DNA of 64,000 nt from Cyanidioschyzon merolae. Taxonomy: Eukaryota. The notes beneath the pieces are model-generated. The model had not been told where the DNA came from. It saw only the letters and a list, made by a program, of their open reading frames with translations, and searched no databases. Where the stretch lies: assembly GCA_000091205.1 (NCBI GenBank), contig AP006498.2. One strand, 5' to 3'. Positions 32,880 to 44,188 of this stretch are shown one piece after another (position 1 is the stretch's first letter; each line of letters opens with the position of its first letter). A program made the translations under genes and the position numbers.

Positions 32880-35353
32880 AGCAGTTTCGCTTCGACACCG
32901 CGCTGCGGTCTCTGTACCCGCTAAGCTCAGCTGCTGTTGCTGCTGCCCGTGTTCACAACCGCCATGAATATCCGCACTGGACACCTCGGGAAAGCGGTTC
33001 GATGGTTGCACGCGCCTATCCAGGCTGGTAGCGACACCACAAGTGGCATCGCCGCAGGTGCTGCTCAAGGGCGCGCAAGCCGCATCCACTGCAGTTGGTG
33101 CAGTGCTCGAGGGCTTCGCAACAAGCGGTTTCAGCGTCTCCATTAACTCTTCACGCACGGATAAATAGGCGTGCAAAAATCCACCGTGCACCATTGAAGG
33201 CACTCGTCGCCCTATGAGATACGAAAAATCGTCACCAGCCTGAGCGCGAAAATCACCAAAGCGCAGGGAACGGATCCCGCGTACGCTCAGCATATACTGC
33301 CACCATCGACGATGTGCAAAACGGCCTCCAGGATCCACACCGAGTTCCTGTGACAGGGCATCATCAAGACCGCGCTCTATATCCGAATCGTCCTTGGCAA
33401 AGGCCTCCACTGATGCCTGGTGCTTCCTAGTCGAATCTATTTCGCGCTTGCTATGTGTTGTGGGCGGTATTTGCGAACAAGTCGCAGCCGAGGTGCCGCT
33501 ACGCCCGGCAGCCAAGGCAGTGGTGCTTACAGCATTCGTCGTACGAGGCATTCGAGTTGTACCGTCGACAGTCGCTTTCGCCGGTGACTCCCGCAACGAC
33601 CCGCGTTGACCGTGTTTGCTGCAGGCGCTCAAGCGCCACGTATCCTGTATTTGCGGACATTCACGTGCATGCAGGTGCTCCTCGAGAGGAACCCGTCGGA
33701 CATTCATATCTGTGCGTAAATTTCTGGTGCTTTTGGTACCGCGAAAGCTCACCACAATCCTATCCGCCAAGTCAATGACGAGCACATGTACATCTGTAAC
33801 GGCGCTGGAGCTATGCCGCACGACTCGTGCTTGCAGGGGGTCCATTTCGCCCACACCATAATGACTGAACATCTCTGCATACATATGCGGGTCATGCCAC
33901 GGTCGATAGGACAGGTACGCCATGTTGAAGATCAAAACATGCGTCTCGAGGACAAGTGAGCGCGAGAGCCAGCTGTCTCCATTTCGCAGTGCTTCCTGCT
34001 CTGTCTGGTAGTAGAGGTTTGCTTTGCGCAGCTCTCGCTCTGCATCCAGTGCGTCCGCTGGCCACGGTGCCGCCTGGCTGGCGCTGTGCGCGGACAACTC
34101 CCACTCGGAGGAAACGCTCCTTTGTGGGGCTCGCTTTTCTTGATATGCAGCTGGGTCCGGAGCCAGCGCAACGATCCAGGGCAGCCAAACACCCAGCACT
34201 GTCGGAGGTAAATGCACATAGAGCAGGAGCACCGACCATGTAAAGAGCATCGCGAAGGCACCACCATTGAATCGTGCAATACCCAGCAACCGCAACGGTA
34301 CGCCATCGAGGGACGCGTTCGCGCCGGGTAATGGTACCAGGCCCACTGCGATGGTATCGTTTGCAATCAGGAATATATAGGATATCGCAGTAAAGACACG
34401 GTAGAAACGAGCACCCATTTGTTTGTGATGACAACAGGTATACGGCAGCTGCTGGAGCACTCGGAAGGTGCGGTAGAGCTCCATGGCAATCCAGCCATCG
34501 AGGAAAATGCGCATGGTAACCACGAGCGCAAACGTAAGCGAGTAGGCCACTTGTTGTTGGTGTCCACGCATAGCAAACTGAACCAACATGCCCGGCCAGG
34601 TGAGTCCTAACGTCGTTCGAGACCAGCCGCAAATGGCTGTCTCCACGGCGGCGATGATCAAACAGAGACCAAATACCACGCGGTTTCGTTCTAGAAACGT
34701 GTGGCGATCCTTAATATCACGATAGAGTCGTAGAATAGCCATGGCGTGTCCATAAAAACCAAATATCCAGAACCATTGCCAGACCAGGTCGGAGACATAG
34801 AGAATGGCGATCGTGGTGCCGCTCGCTTCTCCGATATCGTTCGTGCAATATTGCCTATCATATTCATCGTAAAGAAAATAAATAGACCTTGTAGGAAGCA
34901 GCTGCGCATTTCGAAGGTGCAACGGATCCATCCATACCGATAGAGACGCAAAAAGTAGACGATCGTGAAAGTAAGCTGGAGCACGCAAAAGCAGTACACG
35001 ACGACGCGGTCAACGAGGTTGAGTGCCGGGAGTGCCGCTTCGAAACGGCGTGCAAACAGACTCATTGCTAGCGTGTAGGTGACGGAGAGCACGATTGCAC
35101 TGCATAAGTTGAGAGTTTGCCAAGTTACCTGCTTCGAGGATAGCGTCTCAAGGAGGAACTTGGCTTCCTTTGGATCGCTTCGAATCTGTGGTGGAGCAAA
35201 GAAACTCGACAAACGACTGCGGTGACGTGCACTGCTTCGACGTGTGCGCGTGCCTCGTTCCTGTCCATTGATGAGTTCGCTGCTGCCTCTTAGCGTGCTG
35301 TCTCCAAATGTCTCCGACTCGAACGAGGAGACGGAGGTACCACGATCAGCCAT
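32295..35353 (-). CDS. sn-1 diacylglycerol lipase-like protein (N-terminal multi-TM domain + lipase class 3), multi-exon or with an internal in-frame TGA
   Basis: N-terminal hydrophobic TM segments. Lipase_3 motifs are DRIVVSFRGT, VHGGFLHAY, GHSLGGALASIAAL (immediately 3' of an in-frame TGA at 32769..32771) and FGSPRVGN. A frame change near 34950 and a junk-like Q/A-rich stretch before GHSLGG suggest introns. ATG at 35353 (the track start is TTG). Confidence 0.7.
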
Positions 35354-36004
35354 GAGGGCAGCGTGCAAGCAGAATTAGAGTTGCATATTGTTCGGTACCC
35401 GTGCACTGCGGTGCAGAGTATACGGACCACGAAGCATGAATATGGCAAAGAAGGTTCGTTTTTATGTACGGAGCGGTGCGTATGCGCATCCGCTCACACA
35501 CGTTCACAAGCCCCAAGTCGGATAGCTGAGGATTCCCAAACTGCACTGTACTGCACTGCCGTTCTTGGTCGTTCGAATTCTCTCCATCCAGAAACGCATC
35601 CCATACGGACGCTCGAGACGCTCTCTGCTCACCAGCGCAACTCCATGAGGCTCCATTCCTGCTATGCGTATTCGTATGCTATGTTGATGTGTATAGCAGA
35701 AGGTCGAGATGTAGAAGCAATGTGCTGTATAGATCGTAGTCGAATAGAATGTTAGATACATATTCTCTACTGAACAGTGCAAGGAGGACTGCATTCCTCG
35801 TTCAGGTACGGTTCACCACAGTATTCAGATGGACGAGGAGCACTGGACGGAAGACGTATATGCGCGCGGTGCCGATAACCGACATTTTCAGAGACTGCGT
35901 GCAGTCAATGGTAGCAAACCGCAACCCGTTGATCACTTTATGGGAATCAAAAGCGACGATAGTGGACACCAAGGGCGTCCCTGTTTCTCACCAGCTTGTT
36001 CGTT

Positions 36005-36340
36005 TAGTGCTAAAAACACTGGGATAGAGTCGCAAAAGAAATGTCCGATTTCACCCGTGGCCATCTTCCACCGAAATCGCAGCGGCAGCATTCCCAGTCC
36101 GTTGCGCTCGGTATGAAGCGCAGGAGAGTCGGTTTGTTTTCCCGATTCTAGCGCGGAGTAGAGCTGGTTTCCATTCCCCCGTAAATTCCAAGGTTGAAAC
36201 CCATTGAAAGAGTGTTTTCTATTGTGGAAAGTAATGATCGCTCCGCTGGGCGAGTAAGTAGATCGTTCAGCAAACGGTGACACACCGCGGCGCATGTTGC
36301 CGATCTTCCGCAAGTCCTTCTCGCTTCGGGAAGGTCCTCA
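36005..36340 (+). repeat. dispersed repeat family R2, copy b
   Basis: Homologous to 7815..8450 (aaaacactgg...ccgaaatcgca...atgatcgctccgctgggcgag...ccgcaagtccttctcgct). Downstream sequence contains a segment inverted relative to copy a. Confidence 0.6.
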
Positions 36341-36865
36341 ACTGACGGCCATCAGGGAGTGCGTTCATTTCCACCAGTAGAAATCCATGGGGAGGTATGA
36401 ACATGCAGGTCGGGGGTCCTTGAGGATTGCCATCGTCCCGTCTGTTAAACACCGTTTCTCGTTTATCTCCAGTCTTCTTCCGTTTCTTCGTCACCTGCTC
36501 TTCTTCGCTCGACGGTAGCTTCGAACAAGAAAATTTCGTTTGTTACTCGAACCTGGCGACACCGGGCTTCCAAAATCCCTAGTTGCACATCCATCGCCTT
36601 CAGCTGGATATTTTATTTTCTGAAATGAACCCAATTTCAACGCGTCTACTACAGAACGCAAAAAGGCATGTCACTAGGCGCACCTGCAGTTGGAACCGGA
36701 CTGCGTTGAGATGCTGAATAGGCGGCTTCGCATCGCTTGGGTGCGCGGCGCTGCCGTACTCGTACGTCACAAGGCAGAAAGACTGCGGACGACGCCCGAA
36801 ACATGCGACTGGAATCAAAATCTGGTGCCTTGTAACCGACTCGTAGGTATCGTGTAGCCTGGTTC

Positions 36866-38584
36866 ATGGCCCATAAACAGAAAGCTGGGTGTATTTCCGT
36901 GCTGAAGCGCGGTGTGGAAGCCGAGTTCGCAAAGCTCTTCCACGACGGCGACCTGGAAGCAGCCCGAACCGAGTTGAACGAGTCCGTTCGCGACCTCATC
37001 GTCTGGGAGCGTAACACCGTCTGGCGAGATATGTTGCTCCAGGAGCGTCGGCTTCGAGACACGCACGCCAAGCGAAGCGGCACCCGCGACTCGCCGTTTC
37101 GGGCGTTTCGAGTGGTTCCATTTCTCGTGGCGGTGGTGCTCTTTCTGGGCGTCCTCTTTGCACCGGCATCGCAGTTTATGTTTCTGCAGCGGGCGCTGGA
37201 AGAACGGGAAAATCAGGGTCACCCGATATCGGCAGCTGCCGCAGCTGCACGGAACGCAGCCGCCCAACGCTGCCTCGCGCTGGTCACGTTCGCGTCGGTA
37301 CTCTGGGCCACAGAGGCAGTGCCGCTATTCGTCACCTCGTTGGCAATGCCACTGCTTGCAGTCATTCTACGCGTATTCCTCGACGAGAAAGGTGAGCGGA
37401 CACTCGGACCGACCGAGGCTGCTCACAAGTCCATCACATCCATGAGCAGTCCCGTGCTCCTGCTCATTCTTGGCGGTTACAGTATTTCGGGAGCGCTCAG
37501 CAAGCATGCCATCGACAAGGCGGTAGCGATTGCAGTTTTGCGCCATGCGCGACGACCTCCAGAACTGCTGCTATTACTGATGCTTTTAGCGGTTTTCTTA
37601 TCGATGCTGGTATCGAATGTGGCGGCACCGGTATTGACGGTCGGTATTGTGACACCACTGCTACGCAGCTTGCCACCAGGGACTCCCTTTATCAAGTGTG
37701 CGCTGCTCGGTGTCGCCGCAGCTTGTAACGTAGGCGGCATGACCTCGCCGATCGCGTCTCCGCAGAATGCGATCGCGTTGGATGCCCTGCGCGGTGCCGC
37801 GTCCATCTCTTTTCGCCAATGGGTAGCGATAGCGCTGCCGCTTGCTCTGGTTACCGTATTTGTGATGCATGCGTACTTAATCGTTCGTTTTGGACGCGGC
37901 CCGATGCAAGCGTTTCCACTGATTCCTATGCATAGTCCGCTGAAATGGAAGGATACTGGGATGGCGCACTTGGTTGTCATTCTGACGGTTCTGGTCACTG
38001 TGGCGCTCTGGAGCAGCAAAACTGTTTCGGATCGATTCGGTGGGGACGGCATTGTTGCCCTCGTACCTGTGGTGGTGTTCATGGGCACTGGTCTTTTGAG
38101 CAAGGAGGATTTCAATGCGCTACCTTTTAATGTTATCTATTTGGTGTCCGGCGGCGTCGTGATGGGCGCTGCCGTTCGATCCAGCCGCTTGCTGGAGCTC
38201 GTGGCCGCATCCGTGCATTCCGCAGTGGTTGGCGCCGGCCTCTACAAGACCTATCTGACCTTTATGCTGATGACACTTCTTGTGGCGTGCATTATGAGCC
38301 ACACGGTTTCCAGTATCATTCTGAGTCCCGTTTTAGCCGAGCTTGGCGCAGCGCTTGGTCATCCACGGCTCATGGTGCTGGGAGGTGCACTGGCGTGTTC
38401 CTGTGCAATGGCACTGCCCGTGTCAAGCTTCCCGAACATGGCCGTGATCAGCGTCGAAGATGAGCTCGGGAATCCTTATTTAAGTGCTCGCGATTTCGTA
38501 TGGGTAGGCTTTCCTCTGACGTTGCTCGCGGGCGCAGCACTGGCGAGTCTCGGCTATGTGCTTTCGTTTTACGCTGGCCTGTGA
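36866..38584 (+). CDS. anion permease of the ArsB/NhaD/CitMHS (DASS/SLC13-like) superfamily
   Basis: ATG at 36866. About 12 predicted TM helices. Motif [22 protein letters not shown] (SNxAxP-type). Internally duplicated hairpin-like halves. Soluble N-terminal domain of about 70 aa. Confidence 0.75.
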   Translation: MAHKQKAGCISVLKRGVEAEFAKLFHDGDLEAARTELNESVRDLIVWERNTVWRDMLLQERRLRDTHAKRSGTRDSPFRAFRVVPFLVAVVLFLGVLFAPASQFMFLQRALEERENQGHPISAAAAAARNAAAQRCLALVTFASVLWATEAVPLFVTSLAMPLLAVILRVFLDEKGERTLGPTEAAHKSITSMSSPVLLLILGGYSISGALSKHAIDKAVAIAVLRHARRPPELLLLLMLLAVFLSMLVSNVAAPVLTVGIVTPLLRSLPPGTPFIKCALLGVAAACNVGGMTSPIASPQNAIALDALRGAASISFRQWVAIALPLALVTVFVMHAYLIVRFGRGPMQAFPLIPMHSPLKWKDTGMAHLVVILTVLVTVALWSSKTVSDRFGGDGIVALVPVVVFMGTGLLSKEDFNALPFNVIYLVSGGVVMGAAVRSSRLLELVAASVHSAVVGAGLYKTYLTFMLMTLLVACIMSHTVSSIILSPVLAELGAALGHPRLMVLGGALACSCAMALPVSSFPNMAVISVEDELGNPYLSARDFVWVGFPLTLLAGAALASLGYVLSFYAGL

Positions 38585-38589
38585 GCGCC

Positions 38590-40092
38590 ACGACCAGCTC
38601 GCTATCCTGCATATGCTGCGTTGCAGGATCCGCCTGATCTTTTTCTGCACGATTCGTCACGGGCGATATCGAATACGGACCAGGACGATCCGCTTTCAAG
38701 CGCCGATAGTGTACACACATGGCTACGCCATCGGCTTCGATCATCCCAGTGAATACCTTTTGCTTGCTGGCTTTGAGACGCTTGAAGTCGAAGATATTCA
38801 TCCAGTGCGTCTCCCCGTTTTCACCGGTGAACTCCTCCGTGCTGACATCGAACTCCGGGCTGATCTCTCTCATGATCCCGTAAAGGACGCCGGAGTCGAT
38901 TGTCACAAAATGTGACTTGATGTTGCACAACGGAACGACGTTGAAGCGCTTACCCATTAGGAAAGCATCCCGTCTCTCCGACTTTTCATTTTTTCCCCGA
39001 CTCAGCTGCTCTTCGGCGTTGCGTTCGAGTTCTCGGTTCCGAAACAAGAAACAGCTTAGGATGACGGGATAACATCTTTTTTTCATTTCTGATACATTTT
39101 CTACGGGATTGACTGGCCCAAAACTGCACGGTGCTCCTGTATAGCCGCACGGATTACAGAAGCTTCATTTGTGCTGCTGTGTGACGTCTTCTTGTCGACG
39201 AATTCGATCTCCTGTCCACTCTGGCGATCGTTCGTGATACAATTGATGATGCCCCACATCCCTTTGCGCGAGATGCCCGGGTAGAGCGCAAAGATAGATC
39301 GTACCACGAAGCGTTCGAGGTTCACGGTCAGATGGTTCTTCAGGTTCGTCAGGTACTTCATGGGCACTTAGAACTAAATATTCGAGTCATGCCTGTATCG
39401 AGTACCGTTGAAGCGGTACTTGGGGCATTTTTCGTGGAGGGCATATACTCGCGCATTTCGCTTCTACGCTTCCCCCGTGCCAAACATCAAGTGACGAATA
39501 AAGGTCTTGTCGAAAAATTCTTCCGGAACCTCTTCTGTTTCCATGCCCGTCACGTCGCGATACATATCCCTCGCGATATGCATCAGTCCTACGGCAGCGT
39601 CTCATACACTCATAGAGTGCGCCTCGAAACGGGTTCTGATGGCCTCTTGGGGCTTTTCCCTGTGCGGTTCTTTGATGTGTTTCAGAAGACAGGCTTTCAC
39701 CAGCATCTCGTAATATGATCGTCTTTCTCGCATCCATTGACGTCGGGCATCCCGCTGTCGCTTCTTCGACCTGTCTCGTTCCGCTTTGCTCGGCTCTGGT
39801 TTTCATTTTTCTCCGGCAGCCGGCGACGCCGGGCCTCCAGCATCCTCCACTTCCATTTCCATTACTTTCCATTGCTATGATAAGAATGCACTTTGGAAGC
39901 GTCTACTGTAAACTACGAAAAATCACTTGACTAGAGTACTGTAAGGGCTGAAACACGAATGAATCGCAAGACTATACTTTGCTATGACGTCAACGCAAAT
40001 ACGACTTGAACCTAAAGTACAACAACAAGTTAGCGAATGATCAGGATCGCAATTCCCTTCAAAAGCGAGATACGCGTCGAGTCTGATGCCTT
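38590..40092 (-). mobile_element. Fanzor/TnpB-like element, copy 4 (5' part only; truncated at its 3' side exactly at the permease stop codon)
   Basis: About 97% nt identical to copy 3 (58360..59362) over 1.5 kb. Contains ORF-A MKYLTNLKNHLTVN... and the N-terminal 212 aa of the nuclease ORF (MKKRCYPVILSCFLF...KADRPGP). Homology to copy 3 stops at 38590, 6 bp after the transporter stop at 38584. The 5' boundary (gtctgatgcct) is shared with copy 3. Confidence 0.8.
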
Positions 40093-40824
40093 CCAGACAC
40101 AGACGTGAGCGTAACGACAGCATTAAATGGAACAAAGAATAGAAACTCACTACTAACTAGCAATCCGATAGGAATTTCGTTTCCCACTACGATCGACGTT
40201 AAAAGGGGGAAAAGCTTGCCGTATCTTCGAAGGTTGATCTTCGAGGTGGAAAGTCTCGCGAGCCGGACGAATCCCCAGTGCTTGTGCTTCGTGCTCCACC
40301 CAGAGTCAGGTGATTTGGCGAGATCTGAGCAACTAATCCACAACGCAGTTTATTCTCGAACTAGGGGCAGTTGATGTGCCTCTGGGCGTCGCCCTGGTCG
40401 CAGTGGACTCTTAGTATATTGCTGCGCGCTGCCGCAGACAGACGTACTGTCTGCGCAGCTTGCGGACTCCCAGAATGATGATGTACGCCGACTCCGTGTC
40501 GATTGCAACACATCTCGAGCCGACGCCCTCAGTGGTACGGAAAAACCGTTCTGTCTCCGTGCAGCACCCGCTTCAGCGGTATAAGCGCTACGGCGAGTGC
40601 TCACGGCAGGCAGTCGTCGCAGGATAGAACATACGAAACGACCAGCGTATCCCAGAGGAATTGTAAGTAATGGAACCTGGAAGTAGGGTGCAGCATGGTG
40701 GACGATCACATGAATCTTAAAGCCCATCCCGGATTTCGGACTCCTTGGTCCATGGAAACGTTTTGTCATCATAAGAGCAGGAAATCGCTGACAGCGTTGA
40801 CGTAGCAGGCGCCACGCACGTGCA

Positions 40825-43197
40825 ATGCCGCTCGAGCGCGCCTGCAGCGCTTCTCCCGGTGCACAGGATGCGCTGGCGGATGCTCCAGCTCGTGTGCGAC
40901 TAGCTGGGAACGCTGCAGGTACGTCTAGACAGGCTCTTCTGCGAAGAGTTATGCCAGAGACTACCCGTTTATTTCGCGTAAAGCAGAGGTCTTGTGGTGC
41001 GAATTCGCTACCTTGTATCTTGCGCTCGTCACCGATAACGTTTGTTTTTCTACAGAGCGGCGGCGCTTTAACACAGGGAACTGCTCGCTCTGCGGGCGCT
41101 CGTGTAGCGTTCCGGCTCAGAGCGCGTGCCGCTCTGTCATCGCTTGCACAACCAGCGCGCCTTGCATGGACGTGCGCTGGGCAAAAACAGGTCCAGTTTC
41201 AAGCTACGTGCTCGCGAGTCGGGTTTCTGGGTCGGTTTCCGTCACGCAAGGCGATCTCGCAAGCAGCGCGTCGGTGCAGCAGGTTACGTATGGCGGGCGT
41301 TAGCGCTGACGGCCAAGCGCGCTTGCAGAGTCGACGCGAGCGTGCCATAGCCCTGCTCAAGCGGCTCAAAGAACTCGCGGTTCCGTTCTGGACCGAGCCG
41401 AGCAGTCGCAACGCCGCGTGGCGGTGGACACTGGGAACACTGGCGCTGGCGTTCGTCTGCACCCTCTATGCCGTTTCGTTGTCGTTCATTCAGCGCTTCT
41501 TCTGGAACGCGTTGAACGCGAAGGATGCGGTGAAGTATCAAAAATTCTTGGTTCTCTACGTTGCGGCACTCATCGCAGGGCCCCCGTTTCTGACGCTGTT
41601 CGAGTGGATGAGACAACGAACCGCCCTGGTGTGGCGTCGCTTCCTCACCGAGCGCCTTCTCGGCGGATACTTCCATGACCGCAAGTATTATACAATCAAT
41701 ATTCTGCGATTACAGAACAATGAGACCGTTCATGCAACGCCAGCGACGTCCGCAGGTGGCGTTCGTGTCGTGCAAGATGCTCTCGATAACGTCGACCAGC
41801 GAATTAGCGAGGACATTCGCGCGTTTACGGAACGTGCCGTTGGATTCGGATGCACCGTGGTGATCGCATTATTTGACTTTTTACTGTTCAGCGTGATTTT
41901 GTTCCGCATCCGCGCACAGCTGTTTCTGCTGCTTGTGCTGTACTCGACCATTGGGACGGCGGTGACGTTGTGGCTAGGCGGCCGACTCGTGCACCTGAAT
42001 TTCGCCCAGCTCCGACGAGAAGCAGATTTTCGGTACGCGCTTGTTCGCGTTAGAGAGAATGCCGAGTCGATCGCGTTCTACGGCGGCGAGGAACAGGAGC
42101 AGCGCGCAGTCTCGCGTCGGTTCCGGGCCCTCTTCGACAATATGATCCAACTGCTGCGATGGCAACGGAACGTGACCTTTGCAACGACCTGGTATCGCTA
42201 TCTGATCCAGGTGGTACCCGCTCTGGTCGTCAGTAGGGACTACTTTTCTGGTCGCATACCGCTAGGTGCATTGAGCCAAGCGTTTTTCAGCTACAATCAT
42301 GTGCTGAACGACTTGTCCCTGGTTGTGAATGAATTCGTCGGCCTTTCTGCGTTCGCTGCCGCAGTGAATCGGCTCTATGAATTGCACTGCGCTGTGGAGC
42401 CGCGGCTGCTCGCTGGTCAGCGCCACGAGCGAGACGCCGGGTCACAGGCCGACACGGAAGGCATCGTGACGCTGACAGGGAACGGCACGGCTGCTGGCGT
42501 CAAGCCAGCAGCTTTGCGTCTGGAGAAGCTGACGATCTACACACCCGAAGGCCGACGGCGGCTCGTTGACCAGCTGGATCTCATGCTTGAGGATGGCGCA
42601 CGCATCTTGCTCATGGGTGAGAGCGGCGTGGGCAAGTCGTCCACGGTGCGGGCAATCGCCGGCCTCTGGAAACGGGGCAGCGGCGTCGTGTACCGGCGCC
42701 CGCATCCGCGGAATACGCTTTTCGTTCCCCAGCGGCCGTATTTGATGTTGGGCACCCTCCGCGAGAATCTCTTTTATCCGCTGCATGGAGAGGATGCGGC
42801 CAACGTTGATGAGAAGACGATTCGGAACGTTCTGGTGCGCGTCAACCTGCCCGACCTTGTAGATCGATTAGGCGGACTCGACGTCGAAGCCGACTTTGCC
42901 GCCATTCTTTCGCTTGGCGAGCAACAACGGCTTGCATTTGCGCGCCTTTTACTGCAGCCGGAGCCTGTGCAGCTTGCGATTTTGGATGAATCAACCAGTG
43001 GCTTGGATGTCGAAAACGAACGCCGTCTCTATGAGCTCTTGCGGGAGATGGGTATTAGCGTGTTGAGTGTTGGGAATCGGCCGACGCTCATCCGGTACCA
43101 CAATCAAGTTATCCGGCTTTTTGCCAATGGCAGTTGGCAAATCGAATCGCCATCAGAGGCGGTAGAGCACCTCCTCGGCAGCAGCTTGCTTGATTAG
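40825..43197 (+). CDS. ABC transporter subfamily D (peroxisomal ALDP/PXA-type half transporter)
   Basis: ATG at 40825. TMD followed by NBD. ABCD signature NVDQRISEDIRAFTE, Walker A GESGVGKSS, C-loop LSLGEQQRLAFARLL, Walker B AILDESTSGLD. Confidence 0.9.
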   Translation: MPLERACSASPGAQDALADAPARVRLAGNAAGTSRQALLRRVMPETTRLFRVKQRSCGANSLPCILRSSPITFVFLQSGGALTQGTARSAGARVAFRLRARAALSSLAQPARLAWTCAGQKQVQFQATCSRVGFLGRFPSRKAISQAARRCSRLRMAGVSADGQARLQSRRERAIALLKRLKELAVPFWTEPSSRNAAWRWTLGTLALAFVCTLYAVSLSFIQRFFWNALNAKDAVKYQKFLVLYVAALIAGPPFLTLFEWMRQRTALVWRRFLTERLLGGYFHDRKYYTINILRLQNNETVHATPATSAGGVRVVQDALDNVDQRISEDIRAFTERAVGFGCTVVIALFDFLLFSVILFRIRAQLFLLLVLYSTIGTAVTLWLGGRLVHLNFAQLRREADFRYALVRVRENAESIAFYGGEEQEQRAVSRRFRALFDNMIQLLRWQRNVTFATTWYRYLIQVVPALVVSRDYFSGRIPLGALSQAFFSYNHVLNDLSLVVNEFVGLSAFAAAVNRLYELHCAVEPRLLAGQRHERDAGSQADTEGIVTLTGNGTAAGVKPAALRLEKLTIYTPEGRRRLVDQLDLMLEDGARILLMGESGVGKSSTVRAIAGLWKRGSGVVYRRPHPRNTLFVPQRPYLMLGTLRENLFYPLHGEDAANVDEKTIRNVLVRVNLPDLVDRLGGLDVEADFAAILSLGEQQRLAFARLLLQPEPVQLAILDESTSGLDVENERRLYELLREMGISVLSVGNRPTLIRYHNQVIRLFANGSWQIESPSEAVEHLLGSSLLD

Positions 43198-43687
43198 AGC
43201 CAACACCGGCTCGCCTGGCTTTTGCGAGTGTTTCTGGAGCGTATGCCGCAGCACGAACTGCGCTGTCGTCTGAGCACTGAAGCCGCAAAGCACGAAGGCT
43301 AGTCGTGCGCGTCTCGGCCTGGGCGCTGGGTTCGTTTGGCGCAAAGCTCTAAGGATGCTTTGCGCAAGACCAAGCGAGTTTTCGTTATATGAACGCGGGT
43401 CGTCAGCTGTGCACACCAGTTACACCCGTGCTTCGTACCCAGTGACATAAAGCTATCGCTGGCGCCGCGCGGAGCGAAGAAAATTACCAGACGCGATGGC
43501 TCGTTGGTTGCAAACCAAGGCGCCCCGCACGCAGTTCCGGTGCTCTTACCAGCAGGCTATGTGGCACCCGCGCAGTTCGTGTGAACGCCGCTCGGGCAGG
43601 TTGCGCTGGGCGCCGAGCGCTGGCCACACCATGGGACGCAAGGCAGCTGCTGCGGTAGCGAGGCATCACCCACCGGCTATGGAGCAA

Positions 43688-43918
43688 CCGTACATGATCC
43701 CGCAGAATACAGATTGTTTGGCGCGCTTTTCTTGCTCACTTCGGCGCACGCTGATCAAATCAGGAACCGTACATGATCCCGCAGAATACAGATCTTTTGG
43801 CGCGCTTTTTTTCGCTCACTTCGGCGCACACTGATCAAATCAGGAACCGTAAATGATCCCGCAGAATACAGATCTTTTGGCGCGCTTTTTTTCGCTCACT
43901 TCGGCGCACGCTGATCCA
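43688..43918. repeat. tandem repeat, ~80 bp unit x3
   Basis: ccgtacatgatcccgcagaatacagat(t/c)ttttggcgcgc(t)ttttt(c)gctcacttcggcgcacgctgatcaaatcaggaa repeated three times. Confidence 0.7.
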
Positions 43919-44188
43919 CTTTGCTGCCGTCAAAAGCTTCGGAATGCCTCACAGAGCTACAGTCGTGCGCTTCCGACTGGATCAGCGTAGTCCGCACCCG
44001 TTGCCCCGTTACCGCTAGCGTTCGCGGACTGCTCGGTTTTCCATCCGTGACGTCTCTGGCGCGGCAATAGAATCCTCGAAGGCTGGCTGGCAGTCGTGTG
44101 TGCCAGGTCCGAGCGTGCTTGAGCGCCCGTTCCTGCTTGCCGAAACGGGTGCATACCGCGACAACGGCGAGCAGCGTGCGGAAAGGCG

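Noticed and set aside
39332-39872. Mutually antisense ORFs (128 aa plus, 161 aa minus) in the 5' region of Fanzor-like copies 3 and 4
   Set aside because: Their conservation between copies reflects the 97% nt identity of a young repeat, not selection. The minus-strand region contains several short protein-like frames (e.g. YYEMLVKACLLKHIKEPHREKPQEAIRTRF; METEEVPEEFFDKTFIRHLMFGTGEA) broken by stops. The exon structure cannot be resolved by eye, so these are not called as CDS.
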